Shown here one piece after another: positions 40,251-50,184 of a stretch of 64,000 bases of DNA; position 1 is the stretch's first letter; every line of letters begins with the position of its first letter. The position numbers and the translations under genes are program-made. The notes beneath the pieces were generated by a model. It was not told the origin of the DNA. It worked only from the letters and a program-made list of their open reading frames with translations, and did not search any database. This DNA comes from Vulcanimicrobiota bacterium (GTDB taxonomy: Bacteria; Vulcanimicrobiota; Vulcanimicrobiia; Eremiobacterales; Eremiobacteraceae). Location of the stretch: contig CAWETU010000005.1 of NCBI GenBank assembly GCA_963812135.1, positions 288,001-352,000 of the forward strand, in the 5' to 3' direction.

Positions 40251-41405
40251 ATGCTCGCACCCGAACGCAGCGCTGAGATGCTCGAAGCCGAGCAGATGAT
40301 CCTCGACACGGTGCGCAAGCTCGTCAAAGAGAAAGTCGAGCCGCGTGCCGCTGAGATCGATGCGAAAAGCGAATATCCCAAAGATCTGCGCGATCTGTTC
40401 GCAAAAAACGACCTGCTCGGCATCGCGTTGCCTGAAGAATACGGCGGTTTGGGCAGTTTCCTCACCTATGTGAAGGTTGTCGAAGAGATCTCCAAGGCTT
40501 GCGCCTCGTCGGGCTTGATCATCGCCGTCCAAGAACTGGGCGCGCTGCCGATCATGATCGCCGGCACCGAGGCCCAGAAAAGGAAATATCTTCCGAAACT
40601 GGCGACCGGCGAGCTGATGACGTCGTACGCGCTCACCGAGCCGACGAGCGGATCAGACGCGGCGAACATGCACTCCACCGCGGTGCGCGACGGCGATCAC
40701 TACGTGCTCAACGGGACCAAGGTGTTCATCACCAACGTCGCAGTCGCCGATCTCTGCATCGTCTTCGCGATGACCAATATGGAGCTCGGACCGAAGGGCG
40801 CCTCGGCGTTCATCTGTCACACGGACGATCCCGGGTTCAAACTCGGCAAGGTCGAACACAAGATGGGGATCCGCGGGTCACCGACCAATGAAGTGATCTT
40901 GAACAACTGCCGCATCCCGGCCGATCGCCTGCTGGGCGAAGAGGGTCAAGGATTCGGGATCGCGATGAAAACGCTCGACAAGTCCCGCCCCGGCGTCGCC
41001 GCGCAAGCGCTCGGCATCGCTCAGGGCGCGCTTGACTACGCCGCCAAGTATCTGAAGGAACGCGTCGCGTTCGGCAAGCCGCTGTCCAAGCAGCAAGGCC
41101 TGCAGTGGATGGTCGCCGACATGGAGCTCGAGACGCAAGCAGCACGCCTGCTGCTGTATGAAGCCGCACGCAAGTGCGACGAAGGCGCGCCGGACGTCAC
41201 CCATTGGGGTGCGTTGTGCAAGCTCAAATGCGGCGACGTGGCGATGAGCGTCAGCACCGACGCGGTCCAGCTGCTCGGCGGGTACGGGTACATGACCGAG
41301 TATCCGGTCGAGCGCATGATGCGCGACGCGAAGATCACGCAGATCTACGAAGGCACGCAGCAGATCCAGCGGATCGTGATCTCGCGAGCGCTATTGGGCA
41401 AGTAG
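40251..41405 (+). CDS. Acyl-CoA dehydrogenase
   Basis: YALTEPTSGSD, NGTKVFIT, KMGIRGS, AKITQIYEGT; alternative start at 40278. Confidence 0.95.
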   Translation: MLAPERSAEMLEAEQMILDTVRKLVKEKVEPRAAEIDAKSEYPKDLRDLFAKNDLLGIALPEEYGGLGSFLTYVKVVEEISKACASSGLIIAVQELGALPIMIAGTEAQKRKYLPKLATGELMTSYALTEPTSGSDAANMHSTAVRDGDHYVLNGTKVFITNVAVADLCIVFAMTNMELGPKGASAFICHTDDPGFKLGKVEHKMGIRGSPTNEVILNNCRIPADRLLGEEGQGFGIAMKTLDKSRPGVAAQALGIAQGALDYAAKYLKERVAFGKPLSKQQGLQWMVADMELETQAARLLLYEAARKCDEGAPDVTHWGALCKLKCGDVAMSVSTDAVQLLGGYGYMTEYPVERMMRDAKITQIYEGTQQIQRIVISRALLGK

Positions 41406-41444
41406 TAACTCACTTCTTTCAGCAAAGGTATAGGGTCAAACCGA

Positions 41445-43764
41445 ATGGCGATCGCCCATAATTTAGGTTTTCCTCGCATCGGCCACAAACGCGAGCTCAA
41501 AAAGGCGCTCGAGGGATATTGGTCTGGGCAGTCCGACGAGACGGCGCTGCTCGAAACCGCTTGGCTGGTGCGCAAGCGCGATTGGGAGCTCCAGAAAAAG
41601 GCCGGCCTCGACCTGATACCGACCGGTGATTTTTCCCTATACGACCACATGCTGGACACGGCCGTGATGCTCGGCGCTGTGCCGGAGCGCTACGGGCGGC
41701 GTGGCGGCAACGTCGACCTGAAGACGTACTTCGCGATGGCGCGCGGCGATGATGCGCACCCGGCGATGGAAATGACCAAGTGGTTTGACACCAACTACCA
41801 CTACATCGTGCCGGAATTCACGCCGCAGACGCGCTTCGCGCTCTCGAGCACGAAGCTCATCGACGAGACCAAGGAAGCAGTCGGATTGGGCATTCCGGCC
41901 AAGCCGGTGATCGTCGGCCCATACACGTTTTGGCGTTTGGGCAAATGGCGGCCGGAGAACGGTCGAATAAATTCGACCGCTACGGGGGCGGCTGCGCATC
42001 TCGCGCCGCTCGAGCTGATCGAGCGCATGATCCCGGTCTATGCCGAGCTGCTCGCGCGGTTTGAAGCGACTCGGGATCCAGTGGGTCCAAATCGACGAAC
42101 CGGCGCTGGTGCTCGACCACAAGCCGGAATGGATCACCGCGCTGGAGCACGCCTACGCCACATTGGTGGCCGAAGGCGCTCCCAACATCATGCTGACGAC
42201 ATATTTCGGCGGGGTAAACGATATCGCGGCGCAGCTCAAGGAGCTGCCGGTGGCCGGCCTACACCTCGATCTCGTGCGCGCACCTGAACAACTGGACGCG
42301 TTCGCGCGCTCGTATCCAAAGGATAAGGCGCTGTCGCTCGGCGTCATCGACGGACGCAACGTGTGGCGCGCCGATCTCGATGCGGCGCTTAAGACCATCG
42401 AACCCTTCGAGCCGATTGGCGACCGGTTGTGGATCGCGCCGTCGTGCAGCCTGCTGCACAGCCCGATCGATCTCGAGCAAGAGACCAAGCTCGATCCCGA
42501 GCTGCGATCGTGGATGTCGTTCGCCGTCCAGAAACTCGATGAGGTCGTCGCTCTCCAGAAGGCGCTCGGACCGCAAGCCGTTTCCGTGCAGCCCTTGATC
42601 GTGCAGGCCCGGGCAGCACAGCTGAGCCGGCGGACGTCGGTGCGCATCCACGACCCGGCGGTCGAACGACGTGAAGCGGCTCTGCAAGACAGCGACGCCC
42701 GCCGCTCCGCGCCGTTCGCCGAACGCAGCGGGCAGCAACGGGCGCGATTGGGGCTCCCGCCGTTCCCGACGACCACCATCGGCAGCTTCCCGCAGACGAG
42801 CTCGATCCGCGAGGCGCGCGCGAAGTTCAAGAAAGGCGACATCGACGCCGCCGAGTACGAGCGCCGCATCAAAACGGAGATCGAGCATGCGGTCCGCGAG
42901 CAAGAGAAGATCGGCCTGGACGTCTTAGTCCACGGCGAAGCCGAGCGCAACGACATGGTCGAGTATTTCGGGGAGCAGCTGCGCGGCTTCGCGTTCACGC
43001 AGAACGGTTGGGTGCAGAGCTACGGATCGCGCTGCGTCAAGCCGCCCATCATCTTCGGAGATGTGTCGCGTCCGACGCCGATGACGGTGGATTGGATCAC
43101 GTACGCACAATCGTTGACTTCCAGACCGATGAAAGGCATGTTGACCGGCCCGGTGACGATTCTGCAGTGGTCGTTCGTGCGCGACGACCAGCCGCGCTCG
43201 GACACGGCGTTGCAGATCGCGCTCGCCATCCGCGACGAGGTCGTCGACCTCGAGCGCGCCGGCGTCAAGATCATTCAGATCGACGAGCCGGCCATCCGCG
43301 AGGGGCTGCCGCTCAAGCGCGCGCAATGGGGCGACTACCTCAAATGGGCGGTGAAAGCGTTCCGCGTCGCGTCTTCAGGCGTGCGCCCCGAGACCCAGAT
43401 CCACACCCACATGTGCTACTCCGAGTTCAACGACATCATCGAGTCGATCGCCGCGATGGACGCCGACGTGATCACGATCGAGTCCTCGCGTTCGGACATG
43501 GAGATTCTCGAAGCCTTCGCGAGCTTCAAGTATCCGAACGAGATCGGCCCGGGCGTGTATGATATCCATTCGCCGCGCGTGCCGAGCGAGGACGAGATGA
43601 CCGCGTTGCTCGAGAAAGCGGCGACGGTCGTGCCCCCCGATCAGCTCTGGGTCAACCCGGACTGCGGACTCAAGACGCGTCGCTGGGAAGAGGTCGTGCC
43701 TGCGCTCACCCACATGGTGGCGGCCGCACGGCGGCTGCGCTTAAAAGTGGCGGCGAAAGTCTAA
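41445..43764 (+). CDS. metE: Cobalamin-independent methionine synthase MetE (frameshift near 42055)
   Basis: [49 protein letters not shown]. Confidence 0.97.
41960..41983. repeat. GTAG-type REP inside the metE coding sequence
   Basis: CGGTCGAATAAATTCGACCGCTAC, translated in frame as GRINSTAT. Confidence 0.85.
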
Positions 43765-43807
43765 GGTCGCGAATGATCAGATGCCGACCGGAGCGCATCG
43801 GTTGGGC

Positions 43808-44074
43808 CTAAGCGTGTGCCAACAAGTGGGGGGCGAGGTGTACTCCACTCAGATCGAGACCCCGAGTTTCCGCGATCTTCAAGAAGACCGCGAAATCCTC
43901 AACGTCTCCCGATAGCAGCTCTACGCCCACGACCTTCCCGTCGCCATCGACGTCTATATTGACGTTACCCGCCGCAAAGGCTTCAGTCGTCGCCACAGGC
44001 GAATCCGAAAATAGGAAATACATGGGATCGCCAACGACACCGTTCCACTCGATTGCCTTAAGCGTCTGTTTCAT
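43808..44074 (-). CDS. DUF2283-like small protein (putative antitoxin)
   Basis: DPMYFLFSD..T.....NVNIDVDGDGKVVGVELL; GAGG SD; overlaps the upstream gene. Confidence 0.75.
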   Translation of the reverse strand: MKQTLKAIEWNGVVGDPMYFLFSDSPVATTEAFAAGNVNIDVDGDGKVVGVELLSGDVEDFAVFLKIAETRGLDLSGVHLAPHLLAHA

Positions 44075-44300
44075 GGGTAACCTCATTTGCGGTAACCGTC
44101 CGCACGAAGTAAATATCCATTGGCTTGTGCCAGAACGTAACCCGTATCCTGCGTGATCCAATAATCTTGTACCTATTGCGACAGCCTTCCCGACCTGGAA
44201 GTTCAACCTCTGGAGAGCTCAGGGTTGCTAGAACTTCAGCGTGCGACACGTCGCGCTGACGCATGCGCTTTCGAGCGTGCGAGTGATATGTAACTTCCAT
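44058..44300 (-). CDS. DUF4258-like small protein (putative RelE/BrnT-like toxin)
   Basis: YHSHARKRMRQRDVSHAEVLATLSSP..RRIRVTF..VRTV. Confidence 0.75.
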   Translation of the reverse strand: MEVTYHSHARKRMRQRDVSHAEVLATLSSPEVELPGREGCRNRYKIIGSRRIRVTFWHKPMDIYFVRTVTANEVTHETDA

Positions 44301-44363
44301 GCGAGGAAATAGTATGTCTCGGATGTGTGCTGATGTTTTTCAGATTGCAGACGTCTTGCGATG

Positions 44364-44444
44364 CTAGCGGGCTCGGTCAATCCCGTCTAACGATGACGGG
44401 TTTTCGAGCGCCAAAAGGTCGCCCAAGTTCTCCGTCTGCAGATA
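44364..44444 (-). pseudogene. Diverged remnant of the 3' end of the acyl-CoA ligase gene
   Basis: YLQTENLGDLLALENPSSLDGIDRAR* vs YLKMENLGDLSALENPSSLEAIDAAR* at 45156-45236 (20/26 identical, ungapped). Confidence 0.88.
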
Positions 44445-44460
44445 GTCGCCGCCGACATGC

Positions 44461-44556
44461 TTCGAGAAGGCTGCGACGGTCGTGCCGGCCGTCGATGTAG
44501 TCGCCGCGGCGAAGCGCATGCGCGCGAAGGTCGCGGTCAGCGCTCAGATGGCTTGA
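44461..44556 (+). pseudogene. Diverged, internally deleted remnant of the metE 3' end
   Basis: [25 protein letters not shown].. vs LEKAATVVP...[20 protein letters not shown]. Confidence 0.8.
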
Positions 44557-44603
44557 ATTTGCCTTGTCAGACGCTATGTCACTGGTGATATACTACATGT
44601 GCG

Positions 44604-45131
44604 ATGGCTGAAATCGTTGTGCCTCAGTCCAAACCGGCAACCGAATGGATCCGTGGCCGCGCCGTCCAGAAAGTGAGCCCCCAGCGCGAGCATGCTCTTG
44701 CGCAAGGCGTCTTCTTCAGCGAATTGCATCGGTGGGCGAAGCGATTCAGGTCGGGTCGCGTCGGCACGGAGTGGGAATTCCGGCTAGCACCGCCCGGCGC
44801 TGTGCGGCGGCCACTCGTCCCCGATGTCGCCTACTTAGCGTACTCGCGCATCCCGCGCGAGTCGCCGGGCGAGGCCGACATCCCCCGAGTCGCTCCCACC
44901 GCCGTCGTGGAAGTGCTCTCTCCTGATGACACAAGGTCCGACGTTGAGGAAAAGGTGCGAGTCTATCTCGCTGCGGGGAGCGAAGTCGTATTTCTTGTCG
45001 AGACGAAACTGAAAACCGTTACCGCGCGCCACCGCGGTGGTGAGCGTGCATTCAATGAGACTGATGAAGTCAGCGATCCGGCGTTGCCCGGATTTGTCAT
45101 GCCGGCGGCGGCGTTGTTCCAGGAACCCTAG
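44604..45131 (+). CDS. Uma2/DUF820 family PD-(D/E)xK nuclease-like protein
   Basis: EWIRG..SPQREH, LVPDVAY, PTAVVEVLSPDD, KVRVYLAAG, LPGF; extended -10 TGnTATACT at 44586-44594. Confidence 0.9.
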   Translation: MAEIVVPQSKPATEWIRGRAVQKVSPQREHALAQGVFFSELHRWAKRFRSGRVGTEWEFRLAPPGAVRRPLVPDVAYLAYSRIPRESPGEADIPRVAPTAVVEVLSPDDTRSDVEEKVRVYLAAGSEVVFLVETKLKTVTARHRGGERAFNETDEVSDPALPGFVMPAAALFQEP

Positions 45132-45155
45132 TCACGCCTGCTGCTACCGCGTTAG

Positions 45156-47092
45156 CTAGCGGGCGGCGTCGATTGCCTCGAGCGAGGACGGGTTTTCGAG
45201 CGCCGAGAGGTCGCCAAGATTCTCCATCTTCAGATAGCGGGCGCGCGCGACGCGGCGCATCATCTTGCCGTTGCGCGTGTGGGGCAGGTCGTCGACGAAC
45301 TTCACGGCTTTCGGCGCGAGCGCTTTGCCAAGATCTGTGATGACCTTGCCGTTCAGTTCGGCGCGCAGCGTTTCGTTTGCCTGCGACGCCGTTGCGCAAG
45401 ACCACGAGGCACACTACCGTCTCGCCCTTCATCTCGTCCGGCACGGAGACGGCCGCGACTTCGCGCACGCCCGGATGTGCCACGATCGCGCTTTCGTACT
45501 CAGCAGGCCCCACGCGCTTGCCGGCCACGTTGATCGTATCGTCGGAACGTCCGTGGATATACCAATAGCCCGCATCGTCGATGCTCGCCCAGTCGCCGTG
45601 CACCCACATATCGGGGAAGCGCGACCAATAGGTCTTGAGATACCGCTCCTCGTCGTGCCAGAAGCCCTGCGTCATGCCGGGCCATGGTTGACGGATGACC
45701 AGTTCGCCGACTTGGCCGCGCACGGATTGGCCGCCTCATCGACGACGTCGACATCCATGCCGAACACGGGGCCATGGAACGCGCACGGCACAAGCTCGCG
45801 CACCGGATAGCAACCGAGGATGCCGCCGCTGATCTCCGTGCCGCCCGAATAGTTGATGATGGGGACGCGGTCGCCGCCGACGTGTTTCGAAAACCACCGA
45901 TACGGATCGGGATTCCACGCCTCGCCAGACGAGCCCAAGATGCGGAGGCTTGAAAGATCGTGCTTGTGCGGCCACTCGTCGCCGTGCGCCATCAGCGAAC
46001 GGATGGCGGTGGGCGCGATGCCCAAGTGCGTCACGCGGTGGCGCGCCACCACTTCCCACAGGCGGTCCGGCCCTGGATAATCGGGCGTGCCTTCGAACAA
46101 CACGCAGCTCGCGCCGAGGCCGAGCGCGCCGAGCACCAGGAACGGGCCCATCATCCAACCCATGTCGGAAAACCACAGCATGCGATCGCCCGGCTTGACG
46201 TCAAAGCAAAGGTGCTGGTCGATCTGCACTTTCACGGGAAAGCCGGCGTGTCCGTGAACGGCGCCTTTGGGTTGCCCGTCGAGCCCGACGTGTACAGCAG
46301 CAGATACGGCTCGTCCGAAGCGGTGCGCTCGGCGGCGAGGAACGGCTCCTCGTGCGCGACCGCGCTGAACCAGTCGACGTCGCGACCCTCGACCCAGTCG
46401 ATCTTCGCGTGGGTGCGCGCATAGACCAGCACGTGACGCACGCTGGGCACCTGCTCGAGCGCCGCGTCGGCCACCGCCTTCATGTCGACGGGCTTGCCAC
46501 GACGAAACACGCCGTCGGCGGTGAGCAAGACTTTCGCTCCCGCATCCGCTAAGCGCGTCGCGAGCGCGGGCGCACCGTAGCCGGAAAACGCAGGTACGGC
46601 GATGGCGCCGATCCGGCCGATCGCCAACAGCGCGACCGCCGTCTCGGGCAGCATCGGCATGAAGATCCCGACCGTGTCGCCGCGTTGCACCCCCATGCGG
46701 CGCAACGCACCGGCGAGCCGGCACACGTCGGCAAGCAGCTCGTCGAATGTCAGACGGCGCACCGCGCCATCCTCGCCTTCCCAGATGAGGGCGACATCGG
46801 CACCGCGGCCCGCCTGCACCCAACGATCGAGGCAGTTGAACGACGCGTTGTAGCGTCCGTCCACGAACCAGCGCGCGAACGGCAGCCCGCGCGAGAGATC
46901 GAGCGTCTGCGTGTACGGCTCGAACCAGCTCAGCCCGAGCTGCGAGACGAGCTCGTGATAGAAACGCGCGATGTCGGCGCGCGCGTACGCCCACAGCTCC
47001 TCGAGCGTGGCGCAACCCACACGCTTCATGAAGCGCGTGAGGTTGGCGTCGTTCACGTATTGGGGAGTGGGGCGCCAGACGACGTCGTTCAC
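45156..47092 (-). CDS. Acetate/acyl-CoA ligase (AMP-binding), frameshifts near 46270, 45730 and 45380
   Basis: LIWEGEDG, LLYTSGSTG.PKG, WFSDMGWMMGP, NYSGGTE, WVHGDWA, GRSDD, DLSALENP. Confidence 0.92.
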
Positions 47093-47163
47093 GGTCGAAT
47101 GAATTCGACCGCTACGGACGCCTTCCCGGTCGGGGAACGGTCGAGTAAACTCGACCGCTACAT
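47092..47163. repeat. Two tandem GTAG-type REP palindromes
   Basis: CGGTCGAATGAATTCGACCGCTAC (47092) and CGGTCGAGTAAACTCGACCGCTAC (47138). Confidence 0.9.
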
Positions 47164-48542
47164 TATTGGGAGGGCTTGGCCCCGTTTGCCGCGATCTGGT
47201 CGCGGATGAACGAGAGCGCGCGTTGCAGCTGTGCGTCGTTCAGGACGTTGCCGATGTCGATGGGCTTGACGTCGGCGACCTCGATGTCGGGCTTGATGCC
47301 GATCGTGTTGATGTCTTTGCCGGACGGCGTGAGGTAGCGGGCCGTCGTGATCTTGATCGCGCTGCCGTCGGGCAACGGATAGATCGTCTGCACTTCGCCT
47401 TTGCCGTACGTCTTCGTGCCGATGAGCACCCCGGCGCCATCGTCTTGCACCGCGCCTGCGGTGATCTCCGAAGCGCTTGCGGTGTAGCCGTTGACGAGCA
47501 CGGCGAGCGGACGCGATTCGACCGCGGTCGATTCAGCGTTGATGGTCGTGAACGGCTTTTGCCGCCCGTCGATCGAGACGATCGGGCCATCCGCGATGAA
47601 CTTGGACGCGACATCGACGGCCGCGTTGAGGTAGCCACCGCCGTTGTAGCGCAGATCGAGCACGTAGCCCTTCACGCCGCGCTTTTGAAAATCGTCAAGC
47701 GCGCGCGTCAGCTCTTCGCCCGTGGTCGAGCCGAAGACGAGCAGCCGGACGTAGCCGACATTGTCATCGAGCACGCGTGCGAGCACGCTGGGTTCGTGGA
47801 TGAACTGGCGCACGATCGACAGCGTGAGGTTCGCGGTCTCGCCTTTGCGTTGCACGACGAGTTCGACCGGGGTGCCGGCAGTGCCGCGGATCAGTTTGCT
47901 GTCGTCGCCGACCGAAAGGCCGGCTGTCGGTTTGCCGTCGATCGTCAGCACGATGTCGCCGGGCTGCAGACCGGCTTTGTCCGCCGGGCCGCCCGAGATC
48001 ACTTGCGTGACGAGCAACGACTTGCTGACGGGATCGGTGTCGATCACGATGCCAATGCCGGGGAAGCCGCCGCCTTCCAAATTCTGATTGAGCGATTTGT
48101 ATTCATCGGGCGTCATGAAGACGGTCCAATGATCGTGCAGCGAATCGAGGATGCCTGAGATCGCGCCATACGCGATTTCGCGCTCGCTCACGCTCTTGCC
48201 GAAATCCCGATCGGCGGTCGTGAGCTCCTGGTTGAGCTGCGAGATGTCGGCGCTCTTGCTCCCGAGGGTGTGCAACGACGGCAGCTTGCTCGGATCGCCG
48301 CCCTTGCTCTTGACCGTCTTCTTGATGCCTGCGACCGCGCCGTCGAGCAGCGCCTGATCGTCGACCGATTTGTAGAACTCCGCACCCGCGCGCAAGAAGC
48401 TGTAATCAAGCATCGAGCGGTTCAGGTCGTCGCCGCTCGGCGCGGCCTGCACCGCGCGGGCTCCCATGCCCAGGAGCAGTGCGCCGGCGAGCGCGCCGGC
48501 TGTGAGGATCTGCATGCGTCGCATCGGTGTCGGAGACATCAT
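47163..48542 (-). CDS. S41 carboxyl-terminal protease (CtpA-like), paralog 2
   Basis: Signal peptide, PDZ, LDLRYNGGG, TASASEI, TYGKGEVQ, TTARYLTPSG. Confidence 0.94.
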   Translation of the reverse strand: MMSPTPMRRMQILTAGALAGALLLGMGARAVQAAPSGDDLNRSMLDYSFLRAGAEFYKSVDDQALLDGAVAGIKKTVKSKGGDPSKLPSLHTLGSKSADISQLNQELTTADRDFGKSVSEREIAYGAISGILDSLHDHWTVFMTPDEYKSLNQNLEGGGFPGIGIVIDTDPVSKSLLVTQVISGGPADKAGLQPGDIVLTIDGKPTAGLSVGDDSKLIRGTAGTPVELVVQRKGETANLTLSIVRQFIHEPSVLARVLDDNVGYVRLLVFGSTTGEELTRALDDFQKRGVKGYVLDLRYNGGGYLNAAVDVASKFIADGPIVSIDGRQKPFTTINAESTAVESRPLAVLVNGYTASASEITAGAVQDDGAGVLIGTKTYGKGEVQTIYPLPDGSAIKITTARYLTPSGKDINTIGIKPDIEVADVKPIDIGNVLNDAQLQRALSFIRDQIAANGAKPSQ

Positions 48543-48551
48543 CTTCTTATC

Positions 48552-49985
48552 CTACGAATTCTTCGCGCTCAACGCGATCTGTTTGTGGACGTAATCGAGC
48601 GCTGCTTTGAGCTGGGTATCTTTGGCGTCAAGGCCAACGGTTTTCGGATCCATGGGCACGACGATATTGGGGTCGATGCCCTTCTTGTTGATGTCGCGCC
48701 CGTTCGGCGTGACGTAGCGCGCTGTCGTGATCTTCACCGCGCTCGAGCCCGGCAGGTCGTAGATCGTCTGCACGACGCCTTTGCCGTACGTGCGCACGCC
48801 GAGCAGCACGCCGACGCGAGCATCTTGAATGGCGCCCGCGGTGATCTCCGACGCGCTCGCGGTGTACTGGTTGACGAGCACGACGAGCGGGTGCGGTGGC
48901 ACGGCGTCCTGATAGGCGTCTTCGGTCTCCACTTGGCCCGCGCGATTGATCGTCGACACGATGGGGCCGTCGGCGATGAACTTCGACGAGACCTGGACCG
49001 CGGCATCGAGCAGGCCGCCGCCGTTGTTGCGCAGATCGAACACGATCGCTTTGGCGCCCTGTTTGAACAGGCCGTTGAGGGCGGCCGTGACCTCTTGTTC
49101 GGAGGTGTCGCCGAAATCGTAGAGCTGGATATAGCCGACGTCCTTGCCGATCATGCGATACGAGACCGACGGCACGTGGATCTGCTCGCGCACCACGAGG
49201 TAGGTCTTGTCGGGCGTGCCTTTGCGCGCGACGAGCAGCTTGACGGGCGTGCCGACCTTGCCGCGGATGAGATTCATGACCGAGTCGAGATCCATCGGGC
49301 GCGCGAGGTGGCCGTCGACGCTGACGATCGTGTCGAACGGCTTGAGGCCGGCTTTGTATGCTGGCGTGCCCTCGATCGGGTTGAGCACCTCGACGTCTTT
49401 GGTCTTCGGATCCTTCCCGATGTAGATGCCGATGCCGCCGAAGTCGCCGCCACGGATCAATTCGTTGAGGCTTTGGATCTCGCGCGGGCTCAGGAACACC
49501 GTATACGGGTCGTTGAGCGACGCGAGCATGCCTGAGACAGCGGCGAAGGTCAGGTCGTCAGCGTTTGCAGCGCCGTACTTGTCCATCGCGTCGGTGAGCA
49601 TCTTGTTGGCCGCGGCTTCGTCATCGCTGAGAATGCCGTCGGTCGCGGGCACGGGGATCGTGCCGCTGAGGTGCTTCTTCTCGAGGAACTTGAGCAGCCC
49701 GGTGCGCTCGCCTTTGAGCAGATCCTCATCGTTGACCGGTTTGTAGAAATGATCGCGGACCTTCTCGAACGAGGTGTCGAAGATGGTGAGGTCTTGGCTG
49801 CGGTCGCCACTCGGAGCGACGCCGACGGTGATGTCGCTGCGGACGTCGCCGATATGGAAGGCCAGCACGCGGGGATCGATCGCGTTGGCCGAAGGCTTGA
49901 TGTGGGCGCGTTCAAGCGCGAGCGTGAGGCCGGCTGCGGCGATGACTGCCGCGAGAACGGCGATGACGCGACGATTGGCTGGCAC
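48552..49985 (-). CDS. S41 carboxyl-terminal protease (CtpA-like), paralog 1
   Basis: DPYTVF, FGGIGI, DLRNNGGG, TASASEI, TYGKGVVQ; start GTG at 49985 inferred. Confidence 0.94.
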   Translation of the reverse strand: MPANRRVIAVLAAVIAAAGLTLALERAHIKPSANAIDPRVLAFHIGDVRSDITVGVAPSGDRSQDLTIFDTSFEKVRDHFYKPVNDEDLLKGERTGLLKFLEKKHLSGTIPVPATDGILSDDEAAANKMLTDAMDKYGAANADDLTFAAVSGMLASLNDPYTVFLSPREIQSLNELIRGGDFGGIGIYIGKDPKTKDVEVLNPIEGTPAYKAGLKPFDTIVSVDGHLARPMDLDSVMNLIRGKVGTPVKLLVARKGTPDKTYLVVREQIHVPSVSYRMIGKDVGYIQLYDFGDTSEQEVTAALNGLFKQGAKAIVFDLRNNGGGLLDAAVQVSSKFIADGPIVSTINRAGQVETEDAYQDAVPPHPLVVLVNQYTASASEITAGAIQDARVGVLLGVRTYGKGVVQTIYDLPGSSAVKITTARYVTPNGRDINKKGIDPNIVVPMDPKTVGLDAKDTQLKAALDYVHKQIALSAKNS

Positions 49986-50067
49986 GGAGGTCAGAGGGTC
50001 CTTTCGAATGGGTTTTTGCGGGACACGCCCGCCGTGCAATACTGAGAGAGTCTCATATCCTATATAA

Positions 50068-50093
50068 GACGTTTATACCTCCAATTAGTTGCA
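50068..50093 (-). promoter_or_regulatory. ECF sigma-type promoter upstream of the S41 pair
   Basis: TGCAAC-N16-CGTC in an A/T-rich spacer. Confidence 0.5.
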
Positions 50094-50116
50094 TAGAACC
50101 CGATGAGAATTGCCGT

Positions 50117-50184
50117 TGTAGCGGTCGAGTTTACTCCGCCGGTCGAATAAATTCGACCGCTACGTTGCAGATTCGACCGCTACA
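50117..50184. repeat. REP cluster: inverted copy, forward copy and half copy
   Basis: TGTAGCGGTCGAGTTTACTCCGCCG, CGGTCGAATAAATTCGACCGCTAC, ATTCGACCGCTACA. Confidence 0.88.

Noticed and set aside
41406..41444. SAM or cobalamin riboswitch before metE
   Set aside because: Only ~40 nt of intergenic space and no riboswitch motifs.
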